NCBI GenBank assembly: GCA_030682405.1
Contig: JAUXOF010000015.1
Span: 697-64,696 of the forward strand
Direction of reading: 5' to 3'
Length of the DNA: 64,000 bases
Origin: Thermodesulfovibrionales bacterium
GTDB taxonomy: Bacteria > Nitrospirota > Thermodesulfovibrionia > Thermodesulfovibrionales > JdFR-86
In this document: piece by piece, positions 18,645 to 27,875 of the stretch
Layout: each line of letters starts with the position of its first letter
How positions within the stretch are numbered: position 1 is the stretch's first letter
Position numbers and translations under genes: made by a program
Notes under the pieces: generated by a model
Databases searched by the model: none
Seen by the model: the letters and a program-made list of their open reading frames with translations, nothing else
What the model was told of the DNA's origin: nothing

Positions 18645-19404
18645 TCAGATACATCCAGAGGATCTCCTGCCCCCAGAAAAGCGTTATTACAGCGCCCATG
18701 GCGAGAAAAGGGCCGAAGGGTATCTTCGTCTTTCTGCCCTTGCCCTTAAACGCCATGAGGAAAATCCCTATCAGCGAACCCATGAGGCTGCCTGCAAATG
18801 TCGTAAGCAGCACGGACTTCCAGCCCGTCAGTCCGCCTATCATGGCCATGAGCTTTATATCCCCCCCGCCCATGCCGCCCCTGCTTAAGACGGCCACGAG
18901 ATAAAAGAGGCAAAACCCGGCAGCCGCGCCTATAAGAGATGCCTTAAGGCCCAGCGCGCCTGCCCTGAAAAAAGGGTCAGGCAGCAGAAAAGAGCCTGCA
19001 ACGAGACCTATGGGTATGCCCGGAAGCGTGATGCCGTCCGGTATTATCTGGAAGTCGAGGTCTATGAATGCTATTACGATGAGCGAGGAAACGAACGCAA
19101 GATAAAATGGCGCATGCCAGCCAAGCCCGAAACGGTAAACGACCCCTGCGTAAAGGAGCGCGTTCAGGGACTCCACAAGCGGATACCTCAGGGATATCCT
19201 TGCCCCGCAGCGCCTGCACCTGCCTTTTAAGAAGATATAGCTTATCACCGGGATGTTGTCCAACGGGCCGATAGGCATTCTGCAGGAGGGACATCTTGAG
19301 GCAGGCCATATTATGGACTGCTCCCTCGGCACCCTGTGAATGCAGACATTCAAGAAAGAGCCGACGATGAGGCCGAGCAAAGCGGCGATTAAATAGATGC
19401 CCAT
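18631..19404 (-). CDS. pilD: Prepilin peptidase / N-methyltransferase (A24 family)
   Basis: Zn-type Cys pairs CPSC...CRRC, the catalytic GGGDIKLMAMIG region, and a polytopic profile. Confidence 0.85.
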   Translation of the reverse strand: MGIYLIAALLGLIVGSFLNVCIHRVPREQSIIWPASRCPSCRMPIGPLDNIPVISYIFLKGRCRRCGARISLRYPLVESLNALLYAGVVYRFGLGWHAPFYLAFVSSLIVIAFIDLDFQIIPDGITLPGIPIGLVAGSFLLPDPFFRAGALGLKASLIGAAAGFCLFYLVAVLSRGGMGGGDIKLMAMIGGLTGWKSVLLTTFAGSLMGSLIGIFLMAFKGKGRKTKIPFGPFLAMGAVITLFWGQEILWMYLNVRR

Positions 19405-19406
19405 GC

Positions 19407-19727
19407 CTATTCTTCAGTCCCGGCCCTGCTTATTTCGGCCATCTGGCCTTTAATGGCTTCGGTCTCCCCGTCAAGCCTTTCCATTTCCTTTAATGCCTCC
19501 TTTATCTTCTTGTCCTGAAGCAGGTTCGCACCCTCCTGTGCCTTGAGCTCAAAGACCCGCTGCCCGACGGCCATTGCCGACTCACCCCTTTCCTTCTGGA
19601 GTTTGTCGGACTTATTGATAAGCCTTATTACGGATATTTCCACCTTAAGCCTTTCGGACATCAGGGAAGAAAACCACTTTATCTTCTCAATGCCTGCATA
19701 AAAACTATCCCTTATTTTCTCTACCAT
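19407..19727 (-). CDS. Hypothetical coiled-coil protein (~106 aa)
   Basis: I chose the ATG at 19727 (MVEKIRD) because GGGGAGA sits 5 nt upstream of it. The longer listed ORF adds an Arg/Ala/Pro-rich extension with no RBS. Confidence 0.5.
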   Translation of the reverse strand: MVEKIRDSFYAGIEKIKWFSSLMSERLKVEISVIRLINKSDKLQKERGESAMAVGQRVFELKAQEGANLLQDKKIKEALKEMERLDGETEAIKGQMAEISRAGTEE

Positions 19728-19792
19728 AATATCTCCCCGGGGCAGTGCCCTTCTCGTTGGGGCCGCGCCCCTTCCCGCTGGGGCCATGCCCC

Positions 19793-21946
19793 CTAAGCGG
19801 TTTTAAAAAGTTCAACCTTCCCTTTCCAGAAATTCTCAAGGCAGCTCCTGAGTTCAGGGAACCCTTCGAGGCGGGGGTCTTTGTCAAACAGGTTAAACGC
19901 CTCTTTTCTTGCCGCCTCAAGCAGTCCGGCGTCCCTCAGTATATCAGCCACCCTCAGGTCAGGCATGCCCGACTGCTTTACACCCATGAGTTCTCCCTGC
20001 CCCCTTATAGAGAGGTCTTCCTCTGCGACCTCAAACCCGTCGGATGTCCTTGACATCACATCGAGCCTCCTTTGCGCCTCTTCACCGAGAGGGGCGTATG
20101 CAAGCAGGATGCACCGCGACCGCCTCATCCCCCTGCCGACCCTCCCCCTTAACTGATGGAGCTGCGAGAGGCCGAACCTCTCTGCGTGCACTATGACCAT
20201 AAGCGAGGCGTTGGGCACATCCACCCCGACCTCTATGACGGTCGTACTTACAAGTATATCAATATCTCCCCTCTTGAAGTCCATCATTATCGCTTCCCTT
20301 TCCTCATACCTCAGCCTGCCGTGTATGAGCGAGACCCTGAGGGCTGGGAAGATTTTCTTCATGGCCTCGGCGCCTAAGATTGCGGACTTAAGGCTGGTCT
20401 TTTCGGATTCCTCTATCACCGGGTATACGACATAGACCTGTCCTCCGCTTTTGACCTCTTCGGAGATGATGGAGTAGACCCTGCTTTTCTCGGCAGGGCT
20501 TAAGACGGTTGCGGCAACCGGCGTTCTCCCTGGAGGAAGACTGTCTATGACCGAGCAATCGAGGTCTCCGTAGAGGGTCATCGCAAGAGTTCTCGGTATG
20601 GGGGTTGCGGTCATTATGAGGATGTCCGGGTTATGCGCCTTTTTCCTTAAGACAGACCGCTGCCTCACCCCGAACCTGTGCTGCTCGTCTATGACTGCAA
20701 GGCCGAGCCTCCCGAAGCGTATGCCTTCCTCTATCAGGGCATGCGTGCCGATGACTATGTCCACCTTTCCTTCGGCTATCTCATCGAGCGGCCTTTCCTT
20801 TATGCTTCCCGTAAGAAGACAGACCTTAAGCCCGAGCTCCAGGATAATCTTTCGCATATTGATGTAGTGCTGGCCTGCAAGGATTTCCGTCGGGGCCATC
20901 AGTGCCGCCTGATAGCCGCTTTCTACTGCAAAGAGCATGGCCATGAGGGCGCAGACCGTCTTTCCAGAGCCCACATCCCCCTGAAGCAGCCTGTTCATGG
21001 GGCAGGGGGCTTTCATATCCCCCAGTATGTCTTCAACCGCCTTTTCCTGCCCTCGCGTGAGGCTGAAAGGAAGGGACTGCCTCAGCCTCAATATGAGGTC
21101 TCCGCCTGCCCCGAATGCTATGCCCTTTTCCCGCGACCTGCTGTTTTTAATGGCGGCAAGCCCGAGTTCGAGCATGAAAAGCTCATCGAACGAGAGCCTC
21201 CTCTGGCAATCGCCCTGCCATGCGGCAAGGCTTTCGATGTCGGCTTCCGCCTCCGGGAAATGACAGCCCATAATGCTCTCTTTAAGCCCCGGTAGGCCGC
21301 ACCTTCGGAGTATCTCTCCGGGGACGGGGTCGTTGACTTCACCCATATGGGCCTCAAGCACGCTATGGATTATGCCCCGTAACTGTCTTGAGCTTAAACC
21401 CTCGGTCGCCCTGTAAACAGGCGCTATGCGGCCTGTGTGAATCATTACATGTTTTTCCGCCGTGGGTAGCGCCCCCTCGTCGCTTACTATTTCGTATTCG
21501 GGGTTTTCCATCTCAAGCCCCTTGCCCCTGTAGGCGGGCCTTACGGTTCCGCTCAGCACGACCTCGCTGCCGAGCTCAAACCTTTTTTGCATAAAAGGCT
21601 GGTTGAACCACTTTGCCTTTATAACCCCGCTTCCGTCCGAGACAGTGAGTTCAAAGAGCTTTTTGTTTCCGCGGAGCTTGATGATGCCTTTTGCTATGAC
21701 CCTGCCGAGCGCGGTCTGGAGGGGGACGGCGCACCCTCCAAGCGGAAGAAGCGAGCCATATTTCAGTGACGGCAGGGTTCCGAGTTCGCTGATTTTCCTG
21801 ATGTCTCTTCTGTCTTCGTATCTGTAAGGCAGGTAGTACAGGGCGTCCCTGACGGTGCTTATGCCGAGACGTTTAAGAAGGGCTGCCCTCCGGGGGCCGA
21901 CCCCTTTTATGTATTGAACGCTTAATCCGGATAAGTCTTTAACCAT
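19793..21946 (-). CDS. recG: ATP-dependent DNA helicase RecG
   Basis: 717 aa. Wedge domain, then helicase motifs GDVGSGKT, DEQHRFG and TATPIPRT. Confidence 0.95.
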   Translation of the reverse strand: MVKDLSGLSVQYIKGVGPRRAALLKRLGISTVRDALYYLPYRYEDRRDIRKISELGTLPSLKYGSLLPLGGCAVPLQTALGRVIAKGIIKLRGNKKLFELTVSDGSGVIKAKWFNQPFMQKRFELGSEVVLSGTVRPAYRGKGLEMENPEYEIVSDEGALPTAEKHVMIHTGRIAPVYRATEGLSSRQLRGIIHSVLEAHMGEVNDPVPGEILRRCGLPGLKESIMGCHFPEAEADIESLAAWQGDCQRRLSFDELFMLELGLAAIKNSRSREKGIAFGAGGDLILRLRQSLPFSLTRGQEKAVEDILGDMKAPCPMNRLLQGDVGSGKTVCALMAMLFAVESGYQAALMAPTEILAGQHYINMRKIILELGLKVCLLTGSIKERPLDEIAEGKVDIVIGTHALIEEGIRFGRLGLAVIDEQHRFGVRQRSVLRKKAHNPDILIMTATPIPRTLAMTLYGDLDCSVIDSLPPGRTPVAATVLSPAEKSRVYSIISEEVKSGGQVYVVYPVIEESEKTSLKSAILGAEAMKKIFPALRVSLIHGRLRYEEREAIMMDFKRGDIDILVSTTVIEVGVDVPNASLMVIVHAERFGLSQLHQLRGRVGRGMRRSRCILLAYAPLGEEAQRRLDVMSRTSDGFEVAEEDLSIRGQGELMGVKQSGMPDLRVADILRDAGLLEAARKEAFNLFDKDPRLEGFPELRSCLENFWKGKVELFKTA

Positions 21947-23057
21947 CTTCGGATGGCGGTTTTTCCTCTTTCTTCTCCTTCGTGGCTTCTCCGAATGCCT
22001 TGTCAGCCTCCTCCATCTTCATATTGGAGTATTCCGATTCGCTCAGTATGTCTATATCCCATCCTGTAAGCTTCATTGCAAGCCTGACATTTTGGCCCTT
22101 TTTGCCTATTGCGATGGCAAGATGCTGGTCGCCCACGACCACCATGGCGGATTTGGCCTCCTCGTTGATGCCGACCTTATCGATGGTCGCAGGGCTCAGC
22201 GCCCTTGCGATGAGCACCCTTGGGTCGTCGGTCCACGGTATGATGTCTATGCGCTCGCCCCTCAGTTCCCTGACTATGGCCTGAACCCTTGTGCCCTTCA
22301 TGCCCACACATGCGCCCACGGGGTCTATGGACGGGTCTTTGGAGTAGACCGCAAGCTTCGTCCTTTCCCCGGGCTCGCGCACCACGTCTTTTATCACGAC
22401 GAGCCCTTCGCTCACCTCCGGCACCTCCATCTTAAAGAGCGCCTTCACGAACTCCGGGTTTGTCCTCGTCACATGTATTATAGGGCCTTTGGGGGTAAGC
22501 TTTATGTCCTCGATCAATGACCTTACGGTATCGCCCCTCCTCAATGACTCTCCGGGCAGGGCGTCTTTATGGGGCATCACGGCCTCGGTCTTTCCGGTGT
22601 GGATGTAGTAATATCCTCTTTCCTTCCTCACTACCGTGCCGCTTACGACCTGTCCGACCTTGTCCTTGAACTCGTTATATATGACGTCCCGCTCTGCCTC
22701 CCTGACCCTTTGAAATATGACCTGTTTTGCGGTTTGCGCGGCTATGCGGCCAAAGTCCTGTATGTTCAGGGGCAGTTCCACCTCGTCCCCGAGGGCCTTC
22801 CCAGGGTACAGCTTCTTTGCATCCTTAAGGGATATCTCCTCGTTCGGGTTTTCCACCTTTTCAACGACCTTTTTCGTCTCGAAGATGTCTATGGCGCAGG
22901 TCTTCTGGTCTATCCTGAGGTTGATGTTCATCCTGCCGCTGTATTTCTTCCTTGCGGCGGAAAGCAGGGCGGACTCAAGCGCCGAAAAGAGCACGCCCCT
23001 GCTGATGCCCTTTTCCCGGCACATCTGGTCTATCAGGTATAGAAGTTCCTTTGTCAT
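21939..23057 (-). CDS. nusA: Transcription termination/antitermination factor NusA
   Basis: 372 aa. S1 region (VSGTVVRKERGYYYI) and KH regions (DPVGACVGMKGTRVQAI, AIGKKGQNVRLA). Confidence 0.95.
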   Translation of the reverse strand: MTKELLYLIDQMCREKGISRGVLFSALESALLSAARKKYSGRMNINLRIDQKTCAIDIFETKKVVEKVENPNEEISLKDAKKLYPGKALGDEVELPLNIQDFGRIAAQTAKQVIFQRVREAERDVIYNEFKDKVGQVVSGTVVRKERGYYYIHTGKTEAVMPHKDALPGESLRRGDTVRSLIEDIKLTPKGPIIHVTRTNPEFVKALFKMEVPEVSEGLVVIKDVVREPGERTKLAVYSKDPSIDPVGACVGMKGTRVQAIVRELRGERIDIIPWTDDPRVLIARALSPATIDKVGINEEAKSAMVVVGDQHLAIAIGKKGQNVRLAMKLTGWDIDILSESEYSNMKMEEADKAFGEATKEKKEEKPPSEDG

Positions 23058-23539
23058 TTTATTTCTATCTCAAGCCTTGCCTTTGATATGTTATCGAAAT
23101 CTATTCCTATTTCCTCGCCGTCAACCGAAAGCACCACGCCGCGCTCCGAGGCGGAAACCAGCTGGCCTATAAAGAAGCTCCGGCCCCCGACATTCTCTTT
23201 AGTAACGAGCCTTACGAGCTTGCCGGTCTGCTTCATAAAGTCTTTCGGGTTTCTAAGCGGTCTGTCAAGCCCCGGGGATGAGACCTCAAGGGTGTATCGG
23301 CTCTTTATCGGGTCTTCTACGTCAAGCATTGCCGCAATGTCCCTGCTTAGGGCCTCGCAGTCGCCGAGCGTAACCCCGCCGGGCTTGTCAATAGTGACCC
23401 TCAGAAGCATCTTCATTTCCCTTCCTGAGAGCTTGGCGTCGTCCACCTCAAGCCCATGGGCCAGGGCAGCCTCTTCTACAATCTCCCTTATCCTGTCCTG
23501 AAGTCCTGCCATTAAAATAAAAAAAGTGGGAGAGCCCAC
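23054..23539 (-). CDS. rimP: Ribosome maturation factor RimP
   Basis: Motifs LRVTIDKPGGVTLGDCEALSR and LEVSSPGLDRPL. It overlaps the nusA start. The ATG at 23512 is the likelier start (see the leader terminator). Confidence 0.9.
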   Translation of the reverse strand: MGSPTFFILMAGLQDRIREIVEEAALAHGLEVDDAKLSGREMKMLLRVTIDKPGGVTLGDCEALSRDIAAMLDVEDPIKSRYTLEVSSPGLDRPLRNPKDFMKQTGKLVRLVTKENVGGRSFFIGQLVSASERGVVLSVDGEEIGIDFDNISKARLEIEIK

Positions 23540-23540
23540 T
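23513..23540 (-). terminator. Weak intrinsic terminator/attenuator in the rimP-nusA leader
   Basis: The minus strand reads agtggg-ctct-cccact (6-bp stem), then TTTTTTTATTTT, then the ATG at 23512. Confidence 0.45.
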
Positions 23541-23686
23541 CAATCAGTTAACCGGCATGTCCGGCACGAAATGTTTAATACGAATATTATTGTTATTCTT
23601 CTATACTTTATAAGTTTAACAGTCAAGGCATGAAAATGCAAGCAAAATAACCGGCAGTGAAACTGTGATAAAATCAAGATACCTCT

Positions 23687-24430
23687 ATGGCTTTATGGAA
23701 AAAGAACATCTCCTTCATACTCGTTGACCCCAAGGAGGCCGGAAACATAGGCGCATCCGCAAGGGCGATTAAGAACATGGGGTTTAGCCGGCTTGAACTC
23801 GTCAGGCCGTCTAAATACCCCTCGCTTGAGGCCACCGTGTTTGCGCACGGCGCGGAGGACGTGCTTGAGGCCGCACCCGTGCATAAAGGGCTTAAGGAGG
23901 CAATAGCGGACAAGTCCCTGATAGTGGGCACATCAAGAAGGAAGGGAAGGAAAAGAGGGCTTGCGTTTCCGCTTAAAGAAGGGATACGGAGGATTCTCGC
24001 CGCCGCTCAAAAAAACCGCGTGGCAATACTCTTTGGGACAGAGGACAAAGGGCTAAGCAATAAGGAAGTTGATGAATGCGGTTTCCTCATGGGCATACCC
24101 TCAGACCCGCAGATGCCCTCTATAAACCTTGCTCAGGCAGTGATGCTCGTTGCATATGAGGCCGGGGCGCGGCCCCCTCGAAAAGGGGTTATGAACCCCC
24201 CTGCTGGCAAGAAGACACAGCCTTTTATAAATAAGGATGAGATGGATTTTCTCTTTACCCGCATAAAACACTCGCTTGAACTTCTGGGGTATCATGGAGA
24301 CACTGAGGCATCGTTAATGAGAAGCCTCAAGCATCTCGTCGGAAGGGCAGGGCTTACAGAGTGGGAACTAAAGCTCCTCCACGGGGTATGCAGCAGCGTG
24401 GGGAAAAAGGCCGGCAGTGATAAGGCTTGA
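23687..24430 (+). CDS. trmJ: SpoU/TrmH-family tRNA 2'-O-methyltransferase (TrmJ-like)
   Basis: Motifs NIGASARAIKNMGF, LIVGTSRR, ILFGTEDKGLSN and SINLAQAVMLVAYE parallel my recollection of E. coli TrmJ. Confidence 0.8.
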   Translation: MALWKKNISFILVDPKEAGNIGASARAIKNMGFSRLELVRPSKYPSLEATVFAHGAEDVLEAAPVHKGLKEAIADKSLIVGTSRRKGRKRGLAFPLKEGIRRILAAAQKNRVAILFGTEDKGLSNKEVDECGFLMGIPSDPQMPSINLAQAVMLVAYEAGARPPRKGVMNPPAGKKTQPFINKDEMDFLFTRIKHSLELLGYHGDTEASLMRSLKHLVGRAGLTEWELKLLHGVCSSVGKKAGSDKA

Positions 24431-25148
24431 GAACATAAGCAGGGCATTTGACGGCAAGTGGGCCGTAAAGGGGCTTTCCCTTGAAATCCCCGAAGGGGAG
24501 ATATTCGGCCTTCTCGGGCCAAACGGCGCGGGAAAGACGACCATCATGAGGATGATGACAGGGATTTTGCAGCCTACGGGAGGGAAGATATTCATAGCAG
24601 GCCATGATGCGGCAAAAGAGCCGGTGGAGGCCAAGTCCGTAACCGGCTATGTGCCGGACAGGCCCTTTTTCTATGAGAAGCTCACAGGCAAAGAGTTTTT
24701 AATCTTCATTGCCTCCATACACCGGATGAAAAAAGAAGATGCGATGCGGAGGATAGAAGGGCTTACAGGGCTTGTGGACATCAAGGCAGTGGAGGACGAA
24801 CTCATAGAGGGGTATTCTCAGGGCATGAAGCAGAGGCTCCTTTTCGCCTCGGCCTTAGTCCACGAGCCAAAGGTGATATTGATAGACGAGCCGTTCGTAG
24901 GGCTTGACCCCATAGGCGTCCTCCTCATAAGGGATATTATAAAAGACCTTGCCTCAGGGGGCGCGACAATCCTCCTTGCCACGCACAGCCTTCAGATGGC
25001 ATCGGAACTCTGCCACAGGGTGGGGCTTATAAACAAGGGCGTGCTTACTGCGGTAAAAAGCAGGGCCGAGGTCTCAAGCGCCGAGGGCGGGCTTGCCGCC
25101 CTGTTCTTAAAGGAAGTTTCAGGCCGGCCTTCCGGGGAGGGCCGGTAG
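24417..25148 (+). CDS. ABC transporter ATP-binding protein
   Basis: Walker A GPNGAGKTT, signature YSQGMKQRL, Walker B ILIDEP. Confidence 0.9.
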   Translation: MIRLENISRAFDGKWAVKGLSLEIPEGEIFGLLGPNGAGKTTIMRMMTGILQPTGGKIFIAGHDAAKEPVEAKSVTGYVPDRPFFYEKLTGKEFLIFIASIHRMKKEDAMRRIEGLTGLVDIKAVEDELIEGYSQGMKQRLLFASALVHEPKVILIDEPFVGLDPIGVLLIRDIIKDLASGGATILLATHSLQMASELCHRVGLINKGVLTAVKSRAEVSSAEGGLAALFLKEVSGRPSGEGR

Positions 25149-26762
25149 ATGCTGCGGCTGCCGGTTCTTCTCATGCCTAAGTTCCTTTCTTTCAGAAACT
25201 CCGTAAACAAAGGGGTGGTCTTAAGAAGGCTTCCTTTTATGCTCATCGGCCTCGTCTTTGCAGCGCTCCTTTATATCGGCGCCTATAAAGTCCTCTACTA
25301 CATACGCGATATAGAGTTCATAGGGGAGGCGCTCTCAAAAAAGCTTCTCTCTATGGTCCTTTTCAGCCTCACGGGATTTCTTCTTCTGAGCAACATAATC
25401 ACGGCAATATCCTCGTTCTATCTCTCAAGGGACATCCCCTTTCTGCTGACCCTGCCTCTTAAGAGGAAGGAAATCCTTGCGCTTAAAACATACGAGACCG
25501 TGGTGAACTCGTCGTGGATGGTCGCATCTTTCGTGCCTCCGGTCTTTCTGGCCTACGGCGTATCCTATGCCGCTCCTCCGGGGTATTATCTGATAACCCT
25601 TATCGCGCTTATCCTCTTTATGCTCCTGACATCGGCTACAGGGATAACCATAGCCCATGTCATGACAAGGCTTTTCCCTGCAAAGGGCATGAGGGACATG
25701 CTGCTTTTCATAAGCCTCGTTCTTTTCCTTGTTGTTTATTTCATGCTCAGGGCCTCTGCGCCCGGGGATGCCGGAAGGCCGGAGGAGCTTTTAAGCGCCA
25801 TTCTGTCTTTCAGGGCGGAATCCCCGCTCCTGCCGAATTACTGGGTCTTGGAGACGGTCTGGGAGTCGCTGGGGCGAAGGCCGTTTGATGCGCTTTATCC
25901 GATGGCGCTTTTAAGCAGCGCTGCTTTTTTCCTCGTGCTCTCCTTTGCCGCAGGCGTAGCTTTTTACGGAAAAAACCTTGAGGCCGTAAGGCCGAAGACC
26001 GGAGGCAGAACCACTGCGGGCATTTATCCGGGCATGGGCCATGCGCTCCTGTATAAAGACTTCAAGGTGTTCGTAAGGGATACGGGCCAGTGGTCCCAGC
26101 TTCTTATAATCGGCGCTCTTCTTCTCGTATATGTGTATAATTTCAAGTCCTTCCCTGTGGAGGCGGTAATGAAGGTCACGCCCCTTATAAGGGAAATAAT
26201 CGTGCTCATAAACATGCTCATGGCCGGGCTTGTGCTTTCCGCAGTAAGCGCAAGGTTCGTCTACTCCTCGGTGAGCCTTGAGGGTCAGGCGTTCTGGGTG
26301 ATAAGGTCGTCTCCTATTAGCATGGGCAGGTTTCTCTGGGGCAAGTTCTCCTACGGCTTCCTGCCCCTTTGCCTTATAACAACGGCCCTCGTCTTCCTGA
26401 CGAACCTTGTCATGGATGTAAGGGGCATATTGATGTTCGCCTCCATAGCCACGGTGATACTGCTTTCGCTCTCCATAAGCGGTCTCGGCACAGGGCTGGG
26501 GGCGATGTATCCGAAGTTTAACTACGAAAACATAGCCTCCGTCTCCATGAGCCTTGGGGGCATGGTCTTCATGTCGTTGGCCTTCGGCGTCGTGGCGCTT
26601 ACCGTCCTGCTTGAGGCATGGCCTTTTTACATGTACTATAAGACAGGCGGCATCATGTGGCCTGCAACCGCAGTTTCCGTTATACTAATGCTTGCGCTGA
26701 ATTTCGCCGCATTTTACCTTCCCATGAGAATGGGGATTAAAAAACTTAACAGATTGGAGTGA
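25149..26762 (+). CDS. Polytopic membrane protein, putative permease partner of the ABC ATPase
   Basis: 537 aa with at least 10 hydrophobic segments. Its ATG directly abuts the ATPase stop codon. Confidence 0.55.
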   Translation: MLRLPVLLMPKFLSFRNSVNKGVVLRRLPFMLIGLVFAALLYIGAYKVLYYIRDIEFIGEALSKKLLSMVLFSLTGFLLLSNIITAISSFYLSRDIPFLLTLPLKRKEILALKTYETVVNSSWMVASFVPPVFLAYGVSYAAPPGYYLITLIALILFMLLTSATGITIAHVMTRLFPAKGMRDMLLFISLVLFLVVYFMLRASAPGDAGRPEELLSAILSFRAESPLLPNYWVLETVWESLGRRPFDALYPMALLSSAAFFLVLSFAAGVAFYGKNLEAVRPKTGGRTTAGIYPGMGHALLYKDFKVFVRDTGQWSQLLIIGALLLVYVYNFKSFPVEAVMKVTPLIREIIVLINMLMAGLVLSAVSARFVYSSVSLEGQAFWVIRSSPISMGRFLWGKFSYGFLPLCLITTALVFLTNLVMDVRGILMFASIATVILLSLSISGLGTGLGAMYPKFNYENIASVSMSLGGMVFMSLAFGVVALTVLLEAWPFYMYYKTGGIMWPATAVSVILMLALNFAAFYLPMRMGIKKLNRLE

Positions 26763-26765
26763 CTG

Positions 26766-27851
26766 ATGAAGATAGCGATTACAGGGCTTTCGAACTCGGG
26801 AAAGACCACGATATTCAACGCCCTCACAGGCCAGAGGGCCGAGACGACCGTCTATGCGACAGCCGGAGGAAGCCCGAACATGGGTGTCGTCAAGGTCCCG
26901 GACAGAAGAATAGACAGGCTTTCCGAGATTTACAGGCCGAAAAAGACCGCTTATGCGGCTGTAGAATATATCGATTACATCGGGCTTATAAAAGGAGACC
27001 CGAAGCAGAACAAGGCAGTATTCGACCATATCAGGGACGCTGATGCCCTTGTGCATGTGGTGCGCGCATTCGATGACGACGCCGTAGTCCATCCGCTCGG
27101 AGGGGCAGACCCACTGAGGGATGTAAGGGTCGTGGAGTCGGAGCTTATATTCGGGGACTTCGAGCTTGTCGAAAAGAGGCTTGAGTCCATGGAGCAGATG
27201 TCAAAGAAAGGGAAGAAGCCTCCTGAGGACGAAAGGAAGGTTCTGCTTAAATGCAGGGAGGCTCTTGAAAAGGAGACCCCATTGAGGGACGTCGGATTTT
27301 CGCCTGATGAGCTTCGGACGATAAGGCATCTTCAGTTTTACTCCATAAAGCCCGAGGTGATAGTGATAAACATAAACGAGGCCGACCTCAACACAGAAAA
27401 GGCCGGAAAGGTTCAGGCGGAACTGGAGGGCCTTTTTAAAGGCAACTCAGCGCGCGTATTAAGCATCTGCGGAAAGATAGAGATGGAGCTCTCAGAGCTT
27501 TCCCCTGATGAGGCAAGGGCGTTTCTGGACGACCTCGGAATAGAGGAGCCGGCACTGAACAAGCTGATACATACGTCCTACGGCCTTCTGGGCCTCATAT
27601 CCTTCATTACCGTGGGAGAGGATGAGGTCAGGGCATGGACGATTAAGCGCGGAGAAAGCGCGCACGCAGCCGCAGGCAAAATACACTCGGACATAGAGAA
27701 GGGCTTCATACGGGCCGAGGTCATATCCTTTGAGGACTTCTCCTCTCAAAAGGACATGGCTGAGGCGCGCTCAAAGGGCCTGCTCCGCCTTGAGGGCAAG
27801 ACCTATGAGGTCAAAGACGGGGACATAATAAATTTCCGCTTCAGCGTGTAG
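26766..27851 (+). CDS. ychF: Ribosome-binding ATPase YchF
   Basis: G1 motif GLSNSGKTT and the C-terminal YchF/TGS-like region AWTIKRGESAHAAAGKIHSDIEKGFIRAEV. Confidence 0.95.
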   Translation: MKIAITGLSNSGKTTIFNALTGQRAETTVYATAGGSPNMGVVKVPDRRIDRLSEIYRPKKTAYAAVEYIDYIGLIKGDPKQNKAVFDHIRDADALVHVVRAFDDDAVVHPLGGADPLRDVRVVESELIFGDFELVEKRLESMEQMSKKGKKPPEDERKVLLKCREALEKETPLRDVGFSPDELRTIRHLQFYSIKPEVIVININEADLNTEKAGKVQAELEGLFKGNSARVLSICGKIEMELSELSPDEARAFLDDLGIEEPALNKLIHTSYGLLGLISFITVGEDEVRAWTIKRGESAHAAAGKIHSDIEKGFIRAEVISFEDFSSQKDMAEARSKGLLRLEGKTYEVKDGDIINFRFSV

Positions 27852-27875
27852 GGGAATGGCGGCCTGTAATCCGGT

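Noticed and set aside
19728-19787. N-terminal extension (MAPAGRGAAPTRRALPRGDI) of the small coiled-coil ORF
   Set aside because: The extension has no RBS and runs to within 6 nt of the recG stop. The internal ATG at 19727 has a strong GGGGAGA Shine-Dalgarno sequence.
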